From Paramecium tetraurelia (lineage: Eukaryota), in the NCBI GenBank assembly GCA_000165425.1, contig CT868025.1:241595-261594 (forward strand): a stretch of DNA of 20,000 nt. Direction: 5' to 3'. Below are positions 1 to 10,029 of the stretch, in pieces (position 1 is the first letter of the stretch; the number at the start of each line of letters is the position of its first letter). Made by a program: the position numbers and the translations under genes. The notes beneath the pieces were generated by a model, which saw only the letters and a program-made list of their open reading frames with translations, had not been told where the DNA came from and ran no database searches.

Positions 1-1
1 T

Positions 2-103
2 AAACAAAATAAGAATCACATCTAAGAATTAACAAACCAAAATAGTTTTAAAGAAAATGACAAGGAAAATGTTCTAATTCAGAACCAAATTTCAAGGAAA
101 TGA
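2..103 (+). CDS. 3' end of an upstream gene (partial, unknown product)
   Basis: The code-6 frame from the window edge reads KQNKNHIQELTNQNSFKENDKENVLIQNQISRK to TGA at 101-103. It is purine-rich and coding-like, and is followed by AT-rich intergenic sequence. Confidence 0.5.
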
Positions 104-607
104 AATTGAGATTCCATTATATATACTATTATTATGTTATAAACAGTTAAAAATATTTTAACGGAATTACCCATTTTTATTTTTGCGGATTAACTTAATC
201 CAATATATTTGTTTTTGTGACTCATAAAGCCTTAATATAGAGTGAAGTTTCTTAGTTGGAAGAGCTATATAAGCATGTATGAAATCATAGAATAATTTAA
301 TAATCTATTAGATATTGTAATACAATAGATAATTTTTTATCTTAATGTAGAATTATATTTATAAATTTTAATTTAACTTAGTATTAATATATTGATAAAT
401 AAGAATAACTTAATACTAATTGATTCATTCTTTTAACAATATGAATTACTTCAGTTAGATATCTTCTAAATTCTAATCATCTGAATTAATTATTTGAGCT
501 GTTTGTTTTGCAAATTTGTTTAATAAAGCTAATTCCGAAAATTTGTTTAAATGATTACTTATGTAAAATTAATCAAATATATAAATTTTTTTTTACAAAA
601 GAATTAT

Positions 608-3600
608 ATGTCATCGAAAAAAGAATACGGAATAGAGGAGCACATATATGAAACTCTGCTTGATTTATATAAGTTAGAGTGCAGTGAAGCCTTCAGATTT
701 CCAGTTGATATTCATCTATTTAAATGCCCTGATTATTATTAAATTATAACAGATCCAATGGATCTTAGTACATTGACTACTAAATATAAGGATGGTGCGT
801 ATAGGACATTCAATGAAATCAAAGAATAGATTGATAAAATTATTAAAAACTGTAGGAAATTCAATACCGATCCTAATCACACAATATTAAAAACTTGCTC
901 TAAATTTGAGCAATGCTTTAATACAAGGTGGAATAAATTGAATGAAATAAGGATTCAATTAGGAATACCAGATGATTATTAATTAAAAGTAGAAATGAAT
1001 AAATTAGATTCAATTGAATAAAGAAAAAATAAAAAAAAAGAACCTGCTTCATTAAAAGAAGATTAGGTTGGTAGAAAACCCCGTTTACCCAAAAATGAGA
1101 TTAAAACTTACAATAATAATAACCAATTTACATTCCTTAAACCATAGAATGATTTCGTAGTCAATAAATTTAAAATAAAATCTTCATCAATCCAAGATGA
1201 TGATCAACCCTACATTGATTCAAACACAAGTTTAAAAAATGAATCGTAAAACTTCCAAGAAAATCAGTTTGAAAGCAAAATTTAGAAAAAGGAACTCATT
1301 GAACCACCTCCACCTACATCATTTAAAGTTTCTATATCTAGAATGACATCAAATGATATAAGCTAAAGCCAAGAGAAAATAAAAGAGACACCTCCAGCCT
1401 AATTCAACACTTTTGATACTCTCTAAAGACAGGATTCGACTAAATCGACACTCTCATTCAAAATTCCAATCCCTAAATTGAACCCACCTCAATAAGATAC
1501 AATAAAAGAAACACCTGATTTCTAAACGCCAATTACTGCTAAACCTATTTCAACACAATAGCAATAAATTCCTAAATAAGTTCCAATGCCATAGATTAAT
1601 CAATCTATTATAACAGATACTTAGAATGAATAATAATAACCAAAACCGCAAATCTCTACTCAATAATTACCACCATAATTACCTTAATAATCTATAAATT
1701 AATAGTCTAATTCTTATTTGCAATCGTAGCCATAAGTTCAATAATAGCCATAATTAGGATCAATATAAAAATAATTAGAACAACCATAATTATAATAACA
1801 ATAATAAACATAACAATAATAATATACATAACAATAATCTTCATAATTATAATAGCCATAATAGTAATAATAATAAAATTAGGTTTAAATATAAAAATAA
1901 TAATAATCATCAATTTAACCATAAATCAATGATGATTACAAAACAATACCTAAAAAACCTGAAATAAAAAAAGAATAGAGTGAAATTGGATAGTAAAATT
2001 CTTATGCATAATTGGAGCCTCAGCAATAGGAAGTATTACCTAAGATCAGCATTAATTTTAACAATTCAAATAAAATTACATAACCAGAATCTAAACCTCA
2101 GCCATATGAAACAAAGATTACTATACCTAAATAACAACCTTAATAGTTAATTAATATTTCAAGTTCATAAGCTTCTTAATAAAAAATTGAAAAATCAATT
2201 CCTATTATAAAAGGAATGACACAAAAAATAGAGACTCCAAACACTCCTAAAGGAAAGAGAAAAATTATTGATTCTGATGATTCATAAGATTCAAGCAAAA
2301 TAGAATAAATCCCTATCATTAAAAAGCCTAGCGAGAAAAAAGTTGAGTTTAATGAAACCCCTCTTTAGCATAGCATATCAGGGCCTTCATCAGAAAAAAA
2401 AATGTAGAATTTAGGTTCCCATCCCTTTTCTTTAAATGATTAAGACAACAAAGTACAACCAAAGGAGAATTAACCTATTAAACTTGCTCCCACAACTCCA
2501 CCAGCTATAGCCATATAACCTCCTTAAAAAGTTGAGGCTCCTCCATCCAAATATGTATTTAAAATAGATGTCAATGCTATTCAAAAATCAGAAAGTGATC
2601 ATAATTAGAAAAAAATAGAAAAGTAATTACATTATATAATATCTGTTTAGAAACAAAAAATATGCTTAAAAAATAATGTCTGTTCTTAAAAAGCATATAA
2701 TGGCGAGACAACCAAACATTGAAATACTGAATAGATGTTTGGATGTCCCTTCAAAAACTACTCTAAATATGATTCTCATGTGGTTAAAACAAGAGTTTGA
2801 CAAGATTCCTTTTTAAGAATATATAACAATTGCAAAATTTGTTGAATTGGCTTATCAAAGCATTCAAAAATTCAAATGCGAAGAGGAACCACAAAATGAA
2901 TAGTTACTTTAGCAGTATTTTAATAGAGAAAAAGAATAAGAGCAAAATCGCCAAAAAAAAATAGAATAGGAAATTAAAGTATAGCAAGAACCAATAATCC
3001 TAGAAAAAATTGATATAGAATTGCTATCTAAATCATTAAGAATTAGATCAAAAAGTAAATTTGGTTTTTATAATTTAAAATAGAAAAAAAGGTCAACGAT
3101 AAGGAGAAGAAAGAAAAAGATAATGACAAATAAAAAGATGGCGACAAGTAACAGTAAAGGCCTGTCCTACATTAATAACAGGAGATTTCAAGTTTTGCTT
3201 TAGAAAATCCAAAGAAGATGAAATTAGATTAAAAATAACCATATATCGAAGATATTGATGATTATTTTGAAGAATAGACTCAAGGTTAGGATTGGTGGAA
3301 AATTTTAGAATAGAAATAGAATGAATGTAAAGCAATAGAAGAAGAAAAAAAAGAAAAGGAAGATTAAGAACAGGAAGAAGCATTCTTCATCAGAACATTA
3401 GATTAAGTCAGAGTAAATTATACTCTTAATTTGGGTGAAAAAAATGGAGTTGGTTTGTATCCTACAATTGTTGTAGAGAAGATGTTCTTCTTTCTATTAA
3501 ATCAATAATCAACCTATTTTAGATAAAATAAAAACTCACTTACAAATTTCTTTAAAAAATTAAAAGAAAATTAAATAGAAAAGAAAAATGATTTTTATCA

Positions 3601-4131
3601 ATAATTTAGTAAATACAATTATTATGTTGATGAGAATCACACTCAACTAATGGATTTATATTAGATTGATAATTATGCTGAAATCTAAGTCAAACTAACA
3701 TTGAAAGATGATGGAGATTTTGATCCTTTTTAATTAGAAAACAAGTTAATAATTAATTTGGGGATTAACAATCTTTTAAGCTGTACAACTAAACATAATT
3801 TTATAAATTACTCTTCTATTAACAAGCAATTTTAATTAAAATTAGCTTAATACCCACAATCAATAAGCGAAACTATTTTGCTCTCAAAACTATATGAGAT
3901 GAATGAAGTCTTTGTGGAAAGTCTGGAAACTACAACAATGAATGAGTAAATAGATTTATATTATTTAGCAATGGAGGATGCGGTGTGTTCCTATGGAATC
4001 AAAAGAAATAAGCATTAAATTAAGAATACTAATATTCATGTCATTTATAGATATAAGTGCCTTTTACTTGCATCTAAGACTTATGCTTAAGCTTAAATGA
4101 TACAGTTATCCTTAATGGACAATAATTATGA
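608..4131 (+). CDS. Bromodomain-containing protein (~1147 aa) with a long Gln/Pro-rich low-complexity region and an unidentified C-terminal domain
   Basis: ATG at 608 (in-frame upstream ATG at 551). N-terminal bromodomain motifs: SEAFRFPVD, CPDYYQIITDPMDLSTL, IIKNCRKFN (conserved Asn). Introns 2623-2650 (28 nt), 3055-3083 (29 nt) and 3946-3968 (23 nt) give TGA at 4129-4131 with a spliced length divisible by 3. If the third intron is not spliced the frame runs to TGA at 4301-4303. Confidence 0.85.
1622..1925 (+). repeat. Coding low-complexity poly-Gln/Pro tract written mostly with TAA/TAG/CAA
   Basis: In-frame runs such as taa taa caa taa taa aca taa caa taa taa and tag taa taa taa taa lie inside the bromodomain gene. 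Their antisense produces the spurious Ile-rich ORF 1707..1922. Confidence 0.85.
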
Positions 4132-4347
4132 TATATTAAGTTGTTATGTATTTGATAAATTGAGTTATTATTATTTAAGCAGTTCTTAAGCTAAGGACAA
4201 GAAGATTTTTTATCTGATTACAATAAGACGATTATAATTTAGACGATCAACTGGAACTATAAAGTAAGTGTTCATTTCATTAATTAAAACCAGAGTAGAA
4301 TGATTAATAAAACGAATTAATTTGAATTAATATATTATTTTTAATTC

Positions 4348-4976
4348 ATGAAGTTTTCAAGATTGATTGGCAGAATCTTAGTAGCATTTATATTCGTGAA
4401 TGCTGGGTTGTCTCAATTAAATAATACCGATCCATTTGTTTAATTTGTAAACGTCAGATATCCACTCTTCTTTGATTATGTCCAAAAATTGACAGGTCAT
4501 TCATTGGATTGCGCAGAATTTTTAGTACTATATATTTGATTTTAGAAACCCACAAACTTTATTAAACATACTCCATGCTTAATTCAAACAATAGGAGTTG
4601 CTTAAATTCTGTTAGGAGTTGGAGTAGGAATAGGTATTCAAGGAGCAGGATGCTTATTGGCTTTGTTAAGTATCATCATAACAGCATTTGTACACAACCC
4701 CATAATTTATTCAAACTTTGTGTAAGTCTTAATATTAATTGTAGAAATGCTTAGGCTGAATATCTGAACATAATTTTTAATGTCGGAATAATTGGTGCAT
4801 TATTTTTGGTTGGAAAAAGTAGAAAGAATAAAGGAAGTTGTGGAGTTGGATCTTGTGTAGCTAAGCCAAAGGTTGCTTAGGCTGAGGTTAAAAAGGAAGA
4901 AGTTAAAAAGGAAGTAAAGAAGGAGGAGAACAAGTAGATAAATTCACAATAAAATAGTAAAAAAGGAAAAAAGTGA
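4348..4976 (+). CDS. DoxX/SURF4/HR-lesion-like small multi-pass membrane protein (~194 aa)
   Basis: Translation: MKFSRLIGRILVAFIFVNAGLSQL...IGVAQILLGVGVGIG...CLLALLSIIITAFVHNP...NIIFNVGIIGALFLVG, then a Lys/Glu-rich tail. Introns 4525-4545 (21 nt, contains an in-frame TGA) and 4722-4744 (23 nt); TGA at 4974-4976. The GR-L...F...G, HxP/HN and N..I.G.L motifs are typical of the DoxX clan. Confidence 0.8.
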
Positions 4977-5076
4977 GTATTTTAAATATATCAATTAATA
5001 TTATATATGGGTTAATGAAAAAGTATGTATTGAATTCATATACCATAAATTAAATAAAGATATAAAAATTTGAAAA

Positions 5077-5721
5077 ATGGTAACTAAACAAGTCTAAGTA
5101 TATAATAGGGAGTAGATGCTTACAAAAAGACTAGAGTTTAAAGGAATGTAGGAAGAAAAGTGACTTCTACTAACCTTTATTTGAAATTATTAATAAAGGT
5201 ACAGCATTTCGATTGATTGTCTAGTTATACAAATTCTTGGCAAGAAGAACAGACTCTCAATTCAATGCTACTGTTTTGAGAAGACTCTAATCAACAAGAA
5301 CTGCAAGGTACCCAATTAGTGTCAGCAGACTTGTAAAATAAATAAATACAGCCAAAGATAAAACCAGAACTTTAGTAGTTGTAGGCACAGTAACTGATGA
5401 GTAATAATTGAATTTATGCATTCTAGTGCTCGTCTTCTTACTGTCCCAAAATTAAATGTCTGTGCTCTCAGATTCACTGAAACAGCAAGAAAGAGAATTC
5501 TTGCAGCAGGAGGAAAGACTTTGACTTTCGATTAATTGGCATAACAAAACCCAACAGGTATGCAAGTGTCCCTAAAATTTATAGGAACTGGCACTATTCT
5601 ATTGAGAGGTCCAAAGGTGAGAGAAGCCTTAAAACATTTTGGCAGAGCCGCTGGTTTACCAGGATCTCATGCCAAGCCATATGTCAGCCACACTGCAAGA
5701 AGAGGCAAAGGTGCAAGATGA
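5077..5721 (+). CDS. RPL18: 60S ribosomal protein L18 (eL18), 178 aa
   Basis: Translation: M|GVDAYKK...[25 protein letters not shown]...[71 protein letters not shown]...HAKPYV. Introns 5080-5108, 5199-5224, 5401-5426 and 5558-5584; TGA at 5719-5721. Confidence 0.97.
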
Positions 5722-5795
5722 TTTTTTTAGTACATTAGGACATTAAAAATACACATATTATTTTATTATATTAAATCAAAAATAAATTAATTTTG

Positions 5796-7458
5796 ATGAC
5801 AGATAAAAGAATTGACAAATATATTTTTAATGTAAAAGATAGAATTGGACAAGGATCTTATGCTGAAGTCTATAGAGGAACCAATGAAAAAACTGGGGAG
5901 AAGGTAGCTATCAAGATGTTGAGTAAATCAGTAATAAATTCGTAATAATTTCTTTCATCAAAATAGAGATGATTATTTAAGGGAAGGACTTATTCAAGAA
6001 ATTAAGATTATGCAAAAATTAAAGAGTCCAAATATTGTGACTTTGTTGGATGTCATGGAAACAAACAATAATTATTACATTGTATAAGAATACTGTGATG
6101 GAGGCGATTTCGATGAGTAAATATATTTAATACATTTCAGACTTCTGAAGAAACGAAAATTACTTTCTGAAAAAGATGCAATCAAATTCTTGGTTGATGT
6201 ACTTAATGGTTTCACACAACTTATAAAAAATGGTATTATTCATAGAGATCTTAAACCTGCAAACATTTTAATCGACAAACAAGTATTTGTATCAACATTA
6301 AAAAGTCCTATAAATTGGCTGACTTTGGTTTCGCTAAGTGTGTGGACAATTTCAAGAAAACTATGATGGCTTCCATGGTTGGAACTCCACTTTATATGAG
6401 TCCTCAAATTTTAGATCACAAAAGGTATAACTCTAAAACTGATGTCTGGAGTATAGGATTCATCTTTTATGAAGCCTTATTTGGAAAGAGTAAGAATCTT
6501 CTCAATATCTAAAAGCACCTTGGACAGCCAGATCGCCTGCTGAACTCTTAAAAAACATAAGAACTTAGCCTTTAAAATTCCCTACTGATAAAAATTAAGT
6601 TTCCCAAGAAACCCAAGATTTGATAATCGGGTGTTTATAAGCAGATGAGAACAAGAGATTGTCATGGGAAGAAATCTACAAGCACCCTGCTGTATCCCAA
6701 TACTTTACTGTATTAATATTTAAATGATATCTAAAGGATTTTATTAAAGGAAATAGTAAATTAGAGGACAGAGCTCAATATTTAATTAATGATATCAGAC
6801 AGATGATATGCAAAGAGAAAATAGATATCCACAAATTATTTGCAGATTTGGATATGTCAAAAGATAAAGCTCTAGATGTTAATGAGTTGGGAAAGTTCTT
6901 GATGAAAGTAGATAAAGATATCACCAGAGAGGAGATCGAATATATATTTAATAAATTTGATGACGATGGCAACAATCAAATCGAATTTGAAGAATTTAAA
7001 AAGTGGCTTGAAGATAACTAAGTATTCTAATCGATTTATCTTAGATTATTACTAATGGGAATGCTTAACAATAATAAAGAAATGGAGGATCTCATAAAAA
7101 ATTATCTATATTACCACATTAATTAAAATCCTAAGGTTCTATTGAAGAAAGAGCTAATTATGTTATTGAGAAATTAAAATTGTCAATCTAAAAATATAAA
7201 ATCAACTTGTTAGATCTCTTTAAAAAAGTATCAATTTCTAAGTTAATATAGTTTGATAAATCTGCTGATCAGAGATTGGATAAAAATGAAATGGGATAAT
7301 TGCTAAAAAGAATAGAGCCTAATATAACTCAAGAAGAAATAATTGCTTGTTTCGACTTTTTTGATGAAAATGGCGATGGAGAAATTACTTTCTAAGAATT
7401 TTAAACAAGTTTAAGCGAAGAAGTAGGAAAAAAAAGATAAAGCATAGATAATCACTGA
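5796..7458 (+). CDS. Ser/Thr protein kinase (ULK-like) with four C-terminal EF-hands (~496 aa)
   Basis: Kinase motifs: IGQGSYAEVY, VAIK, HRDLKPAN, DFG, VGTPLYMSPQ, DVWSIG. EF loops: DMSKDKALDVNE, DDDGNNQIEFEE, DKSADQRLDKNE, DENGDGEITFQE. Introns 5942-5966, 6117-6140, 6283-6305, 6490-6515, 6710-6736, 7022-7044 and 7228-7251; TGA at 7456-7458. Confidence 0.93.
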
Positions 7459-8017
7459 TGAAATATCATATTATCATATATTCAATAATTAAGTTCTTAT
7501 TTTCAAACTATTTAAATAAATGGTTAAATTTAAATTTTCTAAATAAATTTACTTCTTAAATTCACAATTAAGAGTAGAACTATATTTCTCAAATCAATCA
7601 ATCTTTATATAATCTCTATAAATTTAGGTAAAAGTGAATTCAAAACTTTCATTTAATATGGTACAAAATTGGCAGTCATAAATAAATATTGCATTAAAAT
7701 TAAGTCATTATTCGCAATGATTAGTATCACACCTATTTATTAAAGATTTATATAAGATATGCATGGTGAAAGAATAACCTATTCTGGCAATTAAATAGAA
7801 TCTAATTGGATAGAATATCATTAAATAGTTCCTTTTATTGGCAAGACTTATAACTAAATAAAGAGTATTATTTTTAATTAGATTATTAGTATTCGAATTG
7901 TTGTGATTAATCTCTTTAGTAAACTAAAGCCGTTATATAAATACTTAAATAATTTATAAGAAAAATGGTATCAATAAAGAATAAACGAATAAAATAAATT
8001 AATTTATTCTTATTTCG

Positions 8018-9797
8018 TCAAATGTAACCGATTTGCCTCAATATCGTCTTAACAAAATGAATCAAAATATCATATCTCATCTTAGGTGTTTTAAGTTATG
8101 GAAGAGGTAAATAAGTAACAATTGTTTCATACATTTTGCGTGCTTTTCTAAATTTTTCTAATTTGCACGGCTTTTTCATATCGAAATCGTGTTCTCTAGT
8201 AATTATCATATGATGATTATTGTTAGTGTGTTCTTCATTAATGACACTTAGAGGTTTAACTACAACTATCTTTCCTTTGATTTTTAAAGTATCAGTTTCA
8301 ATTTAGTAAATGTGAGGTGGCAAATAAGTGGTTTCTCCAATTCCACCAAAACATAAAATATTTGTTCCATTCACACAGCTTGCATGGCTCCATCTTTTTG
8401 TTTGTAAACCTTATCTCTACGCTATGCTCCAAACACTTGTTTGTAGATTTAAGATAAATATATCATTTTAATACTCTTTTTTTTCTTGCGATCTTCCTCC
8501 AAGTAAAATTAAGTACTCTCCAACACTTTCCATAGTATGATTATATCTACTATCTGGTGCCTATCCTACTGTTTATACTTTCTCCCATCCAATTGGATGA
8601 GGCCCAAAAAACAGCATTCTCATTAAAGGAAATGAACCAAGTTTAGCAGTTTATCCTCCGTAGATATATACTGTTTCAATATTTCTTTTATAATCATAAG
8701 CTGTGCATTAGGCATGCTATGCAATTCCCTCTTCAAATAATATCTTTTAACCTGTCCATCTCTTTGACTCCAAAGAATACACTAGTGTGTCATTTAATAG
8801 CTTCTCTGCTGAATCAATTCCCCCTGTTACAACCATCAATTTTCCAAATAGAACGGATGCTTTGTGTTCTCTCCTTGGTTCAACAGACTCTAATGAAATA
8901 GTCCATTGATTAGTCAAAGTATTAAAGGATGCTATTTTTGAGAAGACCTCTCTGATTTTCATTTTATGATCATAGTATCCTGATCCTCCAAACAAAACTA
9001 AAAAATTTTTCCAGACTACCATCGAATGATTAGTAATAAATAATTAGATATCGGAACAAAAATTAAACCACTCTTACCTTTCTAAAAATTAATATTAAAT
9101 TTATACTTAAATCAAACCACCAGATCTCATTAGTAATTCCTGCTCCACTCATTCCTCCATAGACATACATTCTATCTCTAACTATGCCTATCTAAGTTGA
9201 TTCTCTTCTACTGGGGATTGCATAAGAATATGAATTAAGAGTTTCCTCAAAAAAGGTTAAAATTGATTAATCTTGTTGTACTTCATCTTCTGTAATTTTC
9301 CTTTTTGATTGATGCTTATTTTAGATCTATGGCAATAGTTGTTTTTCTGGGGTGCTGCAAATCCCTAATTATTTCTCCAAATATTTCAAGGTCAATGGTT
9401 CTCTATGCGGAACCTTACGTTGATTGCATTAATATTTTTTCTCAGTTATTGTTATATCTCTGACTGTCTAAGACATTTTTGATTATTCAAGTTCCATAAA
9501 ACTCTACTGTATAAACTTTTGCTAGGATTTATTTGCCAGCAATTAATGTTATGCTCCTGCTTATATTCTCCTTATCGAATGAAAATGTTATGAAATGTCT
9601 TCCAAAGAACTGCTTTCGATGCTGGGGAGGACTAACTATACTTTATGATCAGATTCATTTTTTTCCTTTCTTCTCTTTTCGTACTTATATTGAGAGTTAC
9701 TTTAATATCTCAAAGCATTTTATTAAGATTCATCTTTGATACATTTTAGCAAATCCTTATACTAGTCTCTCTCTAAATTTAAATCGACAGCACTCAT
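8018..9797 (-). CDS. Kelch-repeat (beta-propeller) protein with a long N-terminal extension (~584 aa)
   Basis: ATG at 9797-9795. Six Gly-Gly kelch motifs (MYVYGG, LVLFGG, MVVTGG, VYIYGG, LILLGG, ILCFGG) are mostly preceded by R..H-type motifs and followed by Trp. One intron at 9082-9106 (25 nt); TGA at 8020-8018. Confidence 0.9.
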
Positions 9798-10029
9798 TTC
9801 TGAATTAGACAAATTAAATATTATTTACTATGCCAAACTTATATGATTTATTCATACATGTAAATGATTAATTAATAATTCATACTATTTTCTACATTTA
9901 AGAAATCATACTAAATGGTATCAAAAAATTTATAATTATCAATATTATTATCCTCAATTTCTTGATGATTAATGAGGTATAAAAACAGTATAATTTATAA
10001 TATTATTCTAAAAATACTATTGATAGAAA

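Noticed and set aside
217..228. GTGACTCATAAA, loosely resembling a ciliate snRNA/Pol III upstream element (similar TGACCCAT on - at ~14779-14786)
   Set aside because: No recognisable structured RNA lies downstream, and similar strings occur inside CDSs (e.g. ~10880, ~16901).
1707..1922. Ile-rich minus-strand ORF resembling a membrane peptide
   Set aside because: It is the antisense of the TAA-encoded poly-Gln tract of the bromodomain gene.
4950..4976. C-terminal KKGKK as an ER-retrieval dilysine signal
   Set aside because: Position -3 is Gly, so it fits neither KKxx nor KxKxx.
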